Assembly: GCA_977020255.1 (NCBI GenBank)
Contig: CDROCS010003167.1
Coordinates: 1 to 64,000 of the forward strand
DNA from: Obrimoposthia wandeli
Lineage: Eukaryota
Length of the DNA: 64,000 nt
Direction: 5' to 3'
Shown here: in pieces, positions 30,135 through 39,797 of the stretch
Numbering within the stretch: position 1 is the stretch's first letter
Layout of the letters: every line of letters begins with the position of its first letter
Made by a program: the position numbers and the translations under genes
The notes under the pieces: generated by a model
Database searches by the model: none
What the model was told of the DNA's origin: nothing
What the model saw: the letters and a program-made list of their open reading frames with translations, nothing else

Positions 30135-30310
30135 GTGAATACGTTTGTATTCGGTTTCATCAATGAAATTTCTAATCTCACAACTGGCCTTATTGGTTGC
30201 CTTAACTAATTAAGTCCAATACTACGATGTTTTGATTATCGAATTAATACAATCTTTCGAATATCGAAACATTAATTTAGCAAGGCAGTCATTCCGTGAT
30301 CAGTTTTTTG

Positions 30311-30703
30311 CTATTTATCTTCGATGAAACCGAACTCTTTATCTTGCACATAAACGATTTTGCAATAATCGATATAGGTAGCACTGTGAATACGGTTAGC
30401 CGCAATGTAACCCGTGTCACCTTGGTTAAGCGTTAGCTCTTCACCATCTTTAACAAGTTCGCCATTTTCACGGATGTAAAATACCAAGTGCATTTTACCT
30501 TCAACCATGACTGTCATATCATCATGTGGGTGGTGGTGAGGATCCTCTATTGTTCCTGCGGCCCACGTTTCCAGTAATACGGTTACACCTTTTTTGTTTT
30601 CTGGAAAAGTATCTCGGTATTTAAAGCCTGCAGGTGCCTCGTTGTCAGTTAAGAAGTTATCCCAAATAGCTGAGTTGTCGCCGTTGTGTAGTTTAGTTGA
30701 CAT
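30311..30703 (-). CDS. cupin-domain protein
   Basis: HHHPHDDMTVMVEG and GDTGYIAANRIHS cupin motifs. Confidence 0.8.
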   Translation of the reverse strand: MSTKLHNGDNSAIWDNFLTDNEAPAGFKYRDTFPENKKGVTVLLETWAAGTIEDPHHHPHDDMTVMVEGKMHLVFYIRENGELVKDGEELTLNQGDTGYIAANRIHSATYIDYCKIVYVQDKEFGFIEDK

Positions 30704-30869
30704 ATATTGTTTCTTTAATTTAATTGTAATTGGAATTCTAACCTATAAATTAGGTTTTATTAATTATTTTATATTCATTTTTATAATTAACATGAATTAT
30801 AACACTGAAAAGTTAGCCTCTATAAAGCGCACCGCTCCTAACCGGCATGATCACATGTGAGGTGTTTTG

Positions 30870-30940
30870 CTATATATAGAATCGTGAAATATGATTTTCA
30901 TGTATAGCAAAAGGTAGACCACCAGCTATACATAGAATCG
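30870..30940. repeat. diverged copy (about 1.3 units) of the 56-bp repeat
   Basis: ctatatat-N22-atgtatag...ctatacat with the same 56-bp period (30870, 30926). Confidence 0.8.
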
Positions 30941-31048
30941 TGAGGACGTCACCACTCGGAGCAATCGTAAATAATTTAGATAAAAAATGCCGCCACATGT
31001 AAGTGGCAGCACCGATATAAGCATATATCTAACAGCGGTCCGGTAAAT

Positions 31049-32803
31049 TTAGTCTTTTTTACAGAAATTTGCCGCGTATGTTCTTGATCTAAAGGTTATA
31101 GCTCGGGGCCTTGATGCTCCGCCGTTAGATGAGGTCCTTCCGGCTGTAGAAATAACCCTATCCCTATTCCCCCCCTTCCAGTGAGGGCTGGTACCAACGC
31201 TTGAAAAACTATGGCGATGCTTAGCCATATGTGACGATGATAAAGTAATGGCCCCTTGATCCCTAACGGACGTCATGACACCTGAATTAGTCCCGTGAAT
31301 GCGTGACCCGCTACTTAATGCTGTGAACTTAGACCAGCCATAAGGGCACCCGCCTGAGAACGGTAAAACCGCATTGCGAGGGTAGTTAGTTGCCAGCCAG
31401 CGTCCACCAACGCACTGAAAAAGTTCCCCTGATGAATCTGTTGCAAGCGATGCTCCTGAGCATGTTCTAGGCAGCCCTAGTGCGGTTTCTAATTGAGGAA
31501 ATACGCCATCAAGAGTTATTACAGCCACATTCCCGGCGAAGTTTGATGCAGATTCATCGGAACCGCTGGGATTTAAGGTATCGTTAATTACCACGTTTTT
31601 CGCCTCAGTCCCACCCTGTAACACTAAATCATTAAAAGCAAGAACTTCTCCAGCCACCTCCAAGTTGTACGCAATTGACATATCTCCGTCTCTACCTACC
31701 GATAAAACAGCTGACTTGGCATCTCCGGCTTTATTACTGCGGACTATTAGTTGCTCCTCCAAGTACAACACGTTTGTTAAAATTCGGCTGTATATCGAGT
31801 TTTTATCAGAGAGGTTAGATAAAGCTGTACTCATCCCGCAACTTGCATTAGCGCCATTTCTATCCACACACAAAGAGTCCGTTTTAATACCTTTGCCGTC
31901 AGTTCCTGCTGAGTCAGCTACAGCGATCAGTGAGCCAGTTATTAACGTGTTGATATTTGCATTCACCCTATCTTTAACGCTATCAACTTCAATCCCGCAA
32001 GATGCCTCCTCTCTTTTTGTACCAACCATTCGATAGCACTGGGCGCTATGTGCGCCTGTTTTAAATGAAAGGTTATCACTGACCAGAACGGACCCATCCA
32101 CACGAATACTATCGGAATTTAATGAATGCTGAGCATTAGGTTTGTACTCTGCAAGGATTGCGCACTGAGTGTTTAGCGTATAGCACTCATCTGGCGTAAT
32201 TGGGGTACTAGTCCCCGCCTGAACTAAGTGCACATTGAAATCTCCCGTGACGCGCATACCTTTTCTGCTGTTAGCAGTATTGATAACGCGATCATAATGT
32301 CTAAACCAGCGGTCAAAAAGCTTCTTTTTGCTATGCCTTAGCTCTATGGCCCAGCTACCTATTTTCGCTGGATTCTTATTGTCATTCGTTCTGTATCCAC
32401 TTACCTTGAACCCCATCGGAACCATTGCAGGGTTAAAGAAGTTACAAGGAAGTAAAGCTAGTGATTCATTCTCAGTTATATAGGGTACCCACCCACTAGG
32501 GTCCCCACAGGTTGGGTTTTTGAACGCAGTAAGTTCCTTACTGAACAACTCTGATTCAACAGCAAAAGAATCTGCGTACTCCTGAGTCCATGTGCCAGTA
32601 CTAAAATAACCATCCAAAAATATCCGCGTATCCATAGCCTTTAACACTTCGGAGACCTGAACACCTAGGTTGTTAGCTTCATTCTGTTCATGAACCCGCT
32701 GATCTAAACCCGCCTTTCCAGCAATCGTTATTCCAACAATAACTGAAGCAAGAATAGCCTCTATTATAAAAAACCCTTTTCTAAATCGATTTATCCTGTT
32801 CAT
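31049..32803 (-). CDS. PilV-like prepilin adhesin C with tail-fibre-like C-terminus
   Basis: RFRKG|FFIIE prepilin site; C..SLATDSSGELFQCVGGRW; LPFSGGCPYGW; SHMAKHRH; ends FCKKD. Confidence 0.75.
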   Translation of the reverse strand: MNRINRFRKGFFIIEAILASVIVGITIAGKAGLDQRVHEQNEANNLGVQVSEVLKAMDTRIFLDGYFSTGTWTQEYADSFAVESELFSKELTAFKNPTCGDPSGWVPYITENESLALLPCNFFNPAMVPMGFKVSGYRTNDNKNPAKIGSWAIELRHSKKKLFDRWFRHYDRVINTANSRKGMRVTGDFNVHLVQAGTSTPITPDECYTLNTQCAILAEYKPNAQHSLNSDSIRVDGSVLVSDNLSFKTGAHSAQCYRMVGTKREEASCGIEVDSVKDRVNANINTLITGSLIAVADSAGTDGKGIKTDSLCVDRNGANASCGMSTALSNLSDKNSIYSRILTNVLYLEEQLIVRSNKAGDAKSAVLSVGRDGDMSIAYNLEVAGEVLAFNDLVLQGGTEAKNVVINDTLNPSGSDESASNFAGNVAVITLDGVFPQLETALGLPRTCSGASLATDSSGELFQCVGGRWLATNYPRNAVLPFSGGCPYGWSKFTALSSGSRIHGTNSGVMTSVRDQGAITLSSSHMAKHRHSFSSVGTSPHWKGGNRDRVISTAGRTSSNGGASRPRAITFRSRTYAANFCKKD

Positions 32804-32807
32804 TTTA

Positions 32808-32836
32808 TTAGTTTAGTTTAGTTTAGTTTAGTTTAG
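32808..32836. repeat. (GTTTA)n microsatellite immediately upstream of the adhesin C start
   Basis: Five full GTTTA units at 32811-32835. Confidence 0.9.
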
Positions 32837-32870
32837 CTAATTACAAGAAATCCCTTGCGATTCCATATGA

Positions 32871-34550
32871 TTAAATTTTCTTACAAATAGTGAGTACGAT
32901 CCCACGAGCTGTAATATCTACCGCTGCGCCGCTACCAGCACTGCTAGTGGTGGCCGATACGCTCCCAGTCCAGCCCTTATTCCCCCCTTTGTGAGGGTAA
33001 CCACCTTGGTGACTATTATTGTAATACGTATAGTTATGACTATGGTTGGGTAAGTTCGCAGCCAAAAATCTAAAAGAATTACTTCCGACAGTTCTCCCCG
33101 TAGTGGCTGTAGAAGTGCTGCCACCAGTAGTGTTTGGTTGGTATAAAAACCCTTGCTGAGCAATACTAGTAATACTAGAACGAGGCATTGCATCGGTAAA
33201 TCCACTCGGACAGCTTCGGCTGCGCGTATAAATTAGGCCACCAACGGGGTGAACACCCTTAATTTGCCATACCTTGTTCTGACAGGCCATTATTATACCC
33301 TTGCTATTTGTTGATATGGCTCCATTAACTGTGCAAGAACTCATCTCACTTTTACTGCCAGTTTTTATAGTTCCCACTCTTACGGTTCCATCAGTTTTTA
33401 GCGAAGGAGTTTGGTAGGTATTAGCGGATAGCAAGCCGGTTAAGAGTAGATCACTTTCAGCCACAATTGATTTAGCTTTTAACTCACCTCGCAATGCTAT
33501 GTCCTCGGCAACAACCCCTAGCTCATCTGCCCGAAGGACCTCCTTTCCGTCAGAGTTAATCATCACCATGGCACCAAGTACACCAACATGATGTACCTGA
33601 AGAAAGCTGTCACTGACCTGCGTATCAAAAGGTGCAACCCCACAAAAACTGACGTCGCCAGCAGCGTTGACGCACTCAACGACGACCCCTACACTTTTAC
33701 TTGCTAACCGTATGTTTTGTGCATTAACACCGTTAATATTCATATCCAGATTCCCCCTTAAATCCCCTCCGTCAAGATTGAATCCGGGGTCAAAATCCAG
33801 ACCGCAAGGAGTTTCATTTCCTTTATCGTCGAAGCATTCCGATGGCATTGAATTGATAGCAAAGGTTAATCCGCCTATCATCCCGCTATCTCCATCCAGT
33901 CTATAAAATGCATCTAAACTTGTTGATAATTTAGGGAGTATCAATTCCGCTCGGATAGCACAAGTTAAGCCTCCAATTAAACACGATTGCACATCCGTCT
34001 GGTTACCGCTACGATCTACGATTGTATATTGGTAGCGCCCCGTCATTTGTAGGTTAGAGTGACTCTTTGCTGAGTTAAGGGTTTCATTTGCGAAACGCAA
34101 AAATTCATTTTGACGATCAGGCTGGGAGTGGTAAATATCCAAGGCCCACGAGTTTAACCCACCGACCGACTCAACCTTTAGATCCATGATCGCATTCATA
34201 GGGCTGTTATTCCAAAAATCACAACCAATCAATGCAACATCTTCATTTCCCGCTACGACGGGATCCCAAGATCCTGCGCATGTGTTATGCTTTTCACCTA
34301 TTAGGCTATCATGCAATTCATCAACAACAGAAACGCCTGAAATATCAACGTTCCAATTTATGTTTTTTCGTCCGTCTAACAAGACCCTACGGTCGACAGC
34401 GTGAAGCAGAGTGGCAAGTTCCTTGCCAGTCTGCCTTGCCACCACGCGAGCATCCTCTCTAATGTTTAAGTTGATTAGCATAAGCGTGCAGGCCGAAACA
34501 AGTAACGCCGCTAAAATCGCCTCAAACAATATAAATCCGATTCGTTTCAT
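32871..34550 (-). CDS. PilV-like prepilin adhesin B with tail-fibre-like C-terminus
   Basis: MKRIG|FILFE; SCTVNGAISTNSKGIIMACQNKVW; SCPSGF; NLPNHSH; ends ICKKI. Confidence 0.75.
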   Translation of the reverse strand: MKRIGFILFEAILAALLVSACTLMLINLNIREDARVVARQTGKELATLLHAVDRRVLLDGRKNINWNVDISGVSVVDELHDSLIGEKHNTCAGSWDPVVAGNEDVALIGCDFWNNSPMNAIMDLKVESVGGLNSWALDIYHSQPDRQNEFLRFANETLNSAKSHSNLQMTGRYQYTIVDRSGNQTDVQSCLIGGLTCAIRAELILPKLSTSLDAFYRLDGDSGMIGGLTFAINSMPSECFDDKGNETPCGLDFDPGFNLDGGDLRGNLDMNINGVNAQNIRLASKSVGVVVECVNAAGDVSFCGVAPFDTQVSDSFLQVHHVGVLGAMVMINSDGKEVLRADELGVVAEDIALRGELKAKSIVAESDLLLTGLLSANTYQTPSLKTDGTVRVGTIKTGSKSEMSSCTVNGAISTNSKGIIMACQNKVWQIKGVHPVGGLIYTRSRSCPSGFTDAMPRSSITSIAQQGFLYQPNTTGGSTSTATTGRTVGSNSFRFLAANLPNHSHNYTYYNNSHQGGYPHKGGNKGWTGSVSATTSSAGSGAAVDITARGIVLTICKKI

Positions 34551-34598
34551 TTTTAATTTTTAATTTTTAATTTTTAATTTTTAATTTTTAATTTTTAA
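34550..34598. repeat. (TTTTTAA)7 microsatellite spanning the adhesin A stop and adhesin B start
   Basis: Seven perfect 7-bp units. Confidence 0.95.
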
Positions 34599-36285
34599 CG
34601 CAATATAACAACTTTAAGTAACCCGGCTGAACATTTATCGGAGCTGACCCTCCAGCGTAGGCCGTATAAGAACCAACATAACTCGTCATTCCTTTCAGAG
34701 AGGCACCGCCGCCATATCTTATAAATGCATTTTGAAGAATCGGTTTTGTGTATTTATGTGAGTGCGCTGGCATCGTACTCTCGGTCATTCGTATAGAGGT
34801 GACACCTACAGCCTGCTCAACTCTTGAAGCAGGGCCAGAGACAACAGCAGTTCCGGCAGAATTTAACTTTGAATATGAACTCCATCCAGATGGGCAAGTA
34901 GTAGAAGCAAAAGCAGTTACAGTATTTGGCTCTATTGCTCCCATTTCAGTCCACCGATTATTAACGCAACTCATTACGCGGCCAGAAGCTCCTGCGGCAA
35001 TGGCGTTATCCGAGCAACTTTGGCCCACCACTTGATTCGCAGATAGATTGTACTGAGCCGCCTTAATTCTCTTATCGTCAATATACATTGTCTGAGCACT
35101 TAATTGTCCGCTAGATTTTAGCTTGCCATTCACGGTAAGGGTTTCACTCGCGATTGTCTTGCCAGTTACAGTTAAGCCTTGAGCGCTCAATTTATTCATT
35201 TTAACATCAGCCCCTTTAGTTACCTCAAAGATACGGTCAAAGCCGTTAGAGCTGACAACTTCCATTGTTCCATCAGCAACAACCCCTTTAAACGCGGAGC
35301 GCATCTTTAGAGGATTTGTAAGCAAGGAGAATCCGCAGTTAATTTCTTTATTTGCTTCATCCCTGCATAACGTCTCTGTAACTTGGCCGGAACTAATTAA
35401 TGATAATTCCGATATTCTGGTGTTATCATTGTAAACATTGACCTGCCCTGTACTGGCATCGAAGTCAATCCCACAAGGTGTCTTATCGCCTTTGTGATCT
35501 AAGCATTGAGAAGGCATTGTGCTGGAAAAGTGAAATTTGAGCCCAACCTCCATTTCGTTCCCTCCGTCGGAACGTAAGTATGTATAACGCCCACTAGCAG
35601 ATAGATATGGTTTGTAATCAAACAAAATCCCGCACTTAACATCACTTATACATAAGGCCATATTGACCTCACGCATAGTCGCTGTATCGACTAGTCTGGC
35701 CCTAATGTCGCCACTAACAGTGAAAACATTTTTCTTGGTGAACCCCTTGATGATATGGCTGTAAAACTTAGTATACTTCGCTCTATCACTTGAATCGTCA
35801 TGATAAAGCATGACAGTCCAGTCATTTACTACCTTATCATTATCGGCTGTTACATTACGTTCGGCGTACGCTGAGAAAGAGAATGGGAACGCCTGCTCTT
35901 CAGTTGGAAATGTACCGCAAGGCAATAGATCTGATGTTGAAAACTTATCATGGTCTGGGTATTTAGGATGCCACCCGTAAGCTTTCCCGCACGAAGGGTT
36001 CTTGTAGCCAACCAACTCCTCACCAAACAACCCGTCTAAAACTGATTGTGTGCTTGACCACCTCTGCAACAGAGAGCTGTCACTAAAATAGCCGTCCAAA
36101 GAATGCCTCCTGTCAATGGCTGCCATCGCAGAATGCATGTTAGCGCCGAGATTTTCAGCAGAAACCTGAACCCTCAAGTTCTCTTCACTCGTCAATCGCA
36201 AAACCTGTGAAGCTGTAAATATGGTCATAGCTAACATGAGTTCGATAATTGTGAATCCTTGACTATGTTTTTTAAACGTGATCAT
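34588..36285 (-). CDS. PilV-like prepilin adhesin A with tail-fibre-like C-terminus
   Basis: HSQG|FTIIE; SCSDNAIAAGASGRVMSCVNNRW; FASTTCPSGW; TMPAHSH; ends YCVKN. Confidence 0.75.
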   Translation of the reverse strand: MITFKKHSQGFTIIELMLAMTIFTASQVLRLTSEENLRVQVSAENLGANMHSAMAAIDRRHSLDGYFSDSSLLQRWSSTQSVLDGLFGEELVGYKNPSCGKAYGWHPKYPDHDKFSTSDLLPCGTFPTEEQAFPFSFSAYAERNVTADNDKVVNDWTVMLYHDDSSDRAKYTKFYSHIIKGFTKKNVFTVSGDIRARLVDTATMREVNMALCISDVKCGILFDYKPYLSASGRYTYLRSDGGNEMEVGLKFHFSSTMPSQCLDHKGDKTPCGIDFDASTGQVNVYNDNTRISELSLISSGQVTETLCRDEANKEINCGFSLLTNPLKMRSAFKGVVADGTMEVVSSNGFDRIFEVTKGADVKMNKLSAQGLTVTGKTIASETLTVNGKLKSSGQLSAQTMYIDDKRIKAAQYNLSANQVVGQSCSDNAIAAGASGRVMSCVNNRWTEMGAIEPNTVTAFASTTCPSGWSSYSKLNSAGTAVVSGPASRVEQAVGVTSIRMTESTMPAHSHKYTKPILQNAFIRYGGGASLKGMTSYVGSYTAYAGGSAPINVQPGYLKLLYCVKN

Positions 36286-36392
36286 TTTTATTAGATTTTA
36301 CAACTTTCAGATTGTTAAAAGAAGTTGTGGAAGGAGATTATTGAGTTACCGATAGTAAAAGATAAGCCTCGGTCATTATAAGTCGATGGAAA

Positions 36393-36442
36393 ATGAATGG
36401 AGGATGAATGGAGGATGGAGACGGTTTGGAGACGGTTTGGAG
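36393..36442. repeat. two adjacent 11-bp tandem duplications upstream of adhesin A
   Basis: (atgaatggagg)2 and (ggagacggttt)2. Confidence 0.8.
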
Positions 36443-36561
36443 TAAGTGACTTACCGCTAAAGCTAGTTTAAGCCATGTAATAATCAAGCGAAAATTCGTC
36501 CTAAAAATGTTCAAAGCGCCTGTGAACTTTGCCGATGTTCACAGGCTGTACAACTTATTTT

Positions 36562-38136
36562 TTACGGTTGAAGAATTTCTACAGTTGAATGAATATTTAC
36601 AACCTCATCATCTGCGTTGGGGAAGTATTCAATCATATTTTGCTGATCTAAGTATGCGTCAACTCGCTGGTTAGCAAGATTAAATCCACTTACAATGATT
36701 CCACCCGCATAGGTTTTAACCGAAACAATCTGCTTAAAAGTAGTGCTGAAATGTGACAAAATATTTGTATCGTGATATTGGTCAGTATTAAGATCAATAT
36801 AGGAAATCTTATCGATAACAGCCCACGAGTCACCGCCAATGTCCGCATCTTCATCACGGTTAAACACGTATGCATAGTTTGTGTCACCAACTTTTGACTC
36901 AAGGAATGTCGCGATGCTTGGCTCGGATAATGCAGTGCCAGTCAACGAAATGCAGCTACCCCCTGTCTTTTTATAGATAGGCTCGTCTTTTGAATATTCG
37001 CTCAAGCACATAACTGTGCCTCCATTGTAAATGATGCTAGCCCATGTTTTTTCTGCACCAGCTACCATGTAGGGAGTTTCTACCATTTCATTTAGGTAGC
37101 TGTCCTGACCCGTTTCCATATCAATCACCAAGCTGCCACTATTACCTTTAAGTAGTGTTGATACAATAAGTCCGTTAAGTAGGCGGGTTTGACTAACACC
37201 TGTGTGACCACGACTTAATTGAGTTTGTACCTTTGTTTTCATATCCACGCGCGCAAGAGCGCCTAAATAATCAACAATCACATAATCACCGCTAGTTACG
37301 AATATTTTCCACGGAGCAGAAGGTCTTTCTATTTCGGGGCGATCAACCGTTAAAATTTCTATTGCACCATCGTTTTTATTGTATTTAAACACGGAAGAAT
37401 CTGTGCCAGTGTCCATGCCACCAGCACGACCATAATAAACATTATCCAATGTGTCATCTATTTCTAGCGAACTGTAGCTGTAATTATACTCAGCGCCTTT
37501 TGTTGCATATGCATCTGCAATACACTCGATATCTCCAGACTCACCGTACATAGGGACACGAAGAATACTACAATTGGAGAACTCGGTTGGCTCTATAACA
37601 TCTTCATCACCAACAATTTCATCATATCCACCATCTGCATTCGCAACTCGGAAATTTAAAAACTTCCCTCGAAGGTATAAATCTGTCGTTGTTGCTACAG
37701 CATCGATAACTTCGCACTCCATTTCATCATCGGGGTGTAAATTGCTAACCTTAAAGACTGGAGCGAGCTTAGCCATGGCATTGACACCAGCCCCTACTTC
37801 TCGCATAAATAACTCGCACTGTAGAGGGGCGCGGGTTACCTCAGTGTCGGTGCTTTCTGTGGCAGCGACAGTACTAAAAGTCATTGACTTGGAATAACCT
37901 GCCTCATGGCTTGGTTTTTTTTGCGTGGCACTTGGGTCTTCAATAAAAACAAAGCGCGCAGCGTCTTGAGTTAGAATCTTTACCGAAGTCTTAGTTCGTG
38001 AACCATCGCTACCATCGCCCCCATTATTACCATTACTATCGTCATCACCACCACCGCCACATGCCGTCAGCATTAGGGCTGAGGAAATTAGTACTGCTAA
38101 CGTCTTCTTGTTCGTAATTCTTAACACCTTTCTCAT
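36562..38136 (-). CDS. lipoprotein, paralogue of 10522-12045
   Basis: Lipobox LTAC, Gly/Asp linker, and the same conserved Cys blocks. Confidence 0.85.
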   Translation of the reverse strand: MRKVLRITNKKTLAVLISSALMLTACGGGGDDDSNGNNGGDGSDGSRTKTSVKILTQDAARFVFIEDPSATQKKPSHEAGYSKSMTFSTVAATESTDTEVTRAPLQCELFMREVGAGVNAMAKLAPVFKVSNLHPDDEMECEVIDAVATTTDLYLRGKFLNFRVANADGGYDEIVGDEDVIEPTEFSNCSILRVPMYGESGDIECIADAYATKGAEYNYSYSSLEIDDTLDNVYYGRAGGMDTGTDSSVFKYNKNDGAIEILTVDRPEIERPSAPWKIFVTSGDYVIVDYLGALARVDMKTKVQTQLSRGHTGVSQTRLLNGLIVSTLLKGNSGSLVIDMETGQDSYLNEMVETPYMVAGAEKTWASIIYNGGTVMCLSEYSKDEPIYKKTGGSCISLTGTALSEPSIATFLESKVGDTNYAYVFNRDEDADIGGDSWAVIDKISYIDLNTDQYHDTNILSHFSTTFKQIVSVKTYAGGIIVSGFNLANQRVDAYLDQQNMIEYFPNADDEVVNIHSTVEILQP

Positions 38137-38387
38137 ACGTATCCTTTATAGTTTATGAACAACTAGTCCTTTATCTTTACAAGATAAACTAGCGGTTAAT
38201 TTATGGGTTATTCTTGAGTGTACCTAAGTGGCAGTAACCTATATTACCACCACCAGTATGAATATCAACACAAACAGAGTTTAATCAACAGCTTGAGTTA
38301 ACATTAACCCCTTTGCGATCTTTATCGATATAGGTTAACCGCTAGCTGAAAAATCAGTGAGCTTAGCTCCTAGATTCGAATGTATTA

Positions 38388-38458
38388 CTGGGGGCCACTT
38401 CCAGAACCTGTAACTATAATAACACAACATTCGACTTTTACAACTGTTTTTGAAAACA
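38388..38458 (-). promoter_or_regulatory. shared promoter element with decayed hairpin
   Basis: TGTTTTCAAAAACA-g-TTGTAA-16bp-TATTAT-AGTTACAGGT-CTGGAA-GTGGC-CCCCAG. Confidence 0.7.
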
Positions 38459-38530
38459 AGTTGATTTATATTCTTGTGTTGCTTTGAGATTTGCATATAT
38501 AACAGCAATACTGAGGTGTTTTGTTTCTAA

Positions 38531-39022
38531 CTATTCGCTTATCGTTGATATAGCGCACTCAATCGCACGTCTAATGACTATGTTTTTTTCGCTTACGCGG
38601 TTTGTTGCATCGGTAATCTTAAATTCCTCAACCGTGCTCCAGTTGCCATAAACAACCGCAATGTAAACAGTTCCTACTACCGAGTCTGAGTTTGTTGGAT
38701 CTACTCGAGATAGACTTCCTGTAATTCCAACTGAAACAGATGCTCTAACTGACTTCGCTATTCCAGCGTGCGCCATATCGAAGGCTGTTTGGATTGAGTA
38801 CACGCCAAACTCATCGATGGTTCCTTGCTTTACGCCAAGCGCAATCTTTGCATCATTCGAGTAGGTTACGAAGGCATCAAGCATGACTTCGCTCGCACCA
38901 GATACATTTGTTATGCAGTTGGCCATACCGCCACCAGTGCACGACTCGACAGTGGTAATGATTAATTCTTTTTCTTTTAGTAGTGCGACAAGTTTTTCAG
39001 ATAATGCAGTCAGTGTTGGCAT
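38531..39022 (-). CDS. pncC: NMN amidohydrolase (CinA C-terminal / PncC family)
   Basis: ESCTGG, GAS......VTYSNDAKI.LGV, SITG and GTVYIAV motifs. Confidence 0.85.
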   Translation of the reverse strand: MPTLTALSEKLVALLKEKELIITTVESCTGGGMANCITNVSGASEVMLDAFVTYSNDAKIALGVKQGTIDEFGVYSIQTAFDMAHAGIAKSVRASVSVGITGSLSRVDPTNSDSVVGTVYIAVVYGNWSTVEEFKITDATNRVSEKNIVIRRAIECAISTISE

Positions 39023-39126
39023 GTGGATTCCTGTTCTTGGTTGAACATTTTAGCTCGAGTAAATATTGGTTAACCGCTTATAGCGCGCAACCTTTGGTTA
39101 CGCACAGGTGTGGCATAGCTAGTTAG

Positions 39127-39702
39127 TTAACTAGCTTTTGGTTGGTTAATTCTTTTTTTAGCCTTGCTCACAAACTGAATGAATTCTCTTGAGTTGCGCG
39201 GAACGCGGAATTCAGCTTCAACGCTGTTAGCCCACCGATCAAAGTCATTATCGCCAAGCTCAATCACATCCAAGCCGGGTAAAATTCTAAATCGGCGACC
39301 AAACATCTCAAAGTACTCAACAAAGCGCTTATCGCTTTTATTTAATCTAACTTTAGCGTGCTCACCAAGCCAGTGAATAAACTTATGCTTATAGCTATTT
39401 GTTAGCATAATAGCCACGTTACTACGGTAAAGGCTTAGCCTAATATGTGGCAATTTATAGATTTTATTTAGCAAATCAAGCGTTGTATACGCGTACTCAT
39501 TGTCATACAGAGTGGCATAGTCGTATTCGCCGTAACTAATCTCGTACTGAGGAATCGTCTTGTTTTCTTCGCCATCAAAATAAGTCTTACTGCCAATGAT
39601 CAGCGTAAATTTTTTAGTGGATGGATCATCAATATTAACCACTTCAGTAGTAAGAGTAGTGTTGTGGAGCTCGTTACTATTGATTGAATTACTTTTGCTC
39701 AT
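39127..39702 (-). CDS. hypothetical protein
   Basis: 191-aa ORF. Confidence 0.7.
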   Translation of the reverse strand: MSKSNSINSNELHNTTLTTEVVNIDDPSTKKFTLIIGSKTYFDGEENKTIPQYEISYGEYDYATLYDNEYAYTTLDLLNKIYKLPHIRLSLYRSNVAIMLTNSYKHKFIHWLGEHAKVRLNKSDKRFVEYFEMFGRRFRILPGLDVIELGDNDFDRWANSVEAEFRVPRNSREFIQFVSKAKKRINQPKAS

Positions 39703-39724
39703 GTTGTTACCAATTTTCCAATTA

Positions 39725-39765
39725 AATAATGAATAATGAATAATGAATAATGAATAATGAATAAT
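39725..39765. repeat. (AATAATG) x ~6 microsatellite upstream of 39127-39702
   Basis: Five full units plus 6/7 of a unit. Confidence 0.9.
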
Positions 39766-39797
39766 TGAGCTAACTCAGTGAGGTTAGCTCGAAGCAC

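Noticed and set aside
29847-30830. Replication origin (iterons plus AT-rich unwinding element)
   Set aside because: No rep gene in the window, the units are far longer than typical iterons, and the AT-rich tract is also the cupin promoter region; kept only as an alternative
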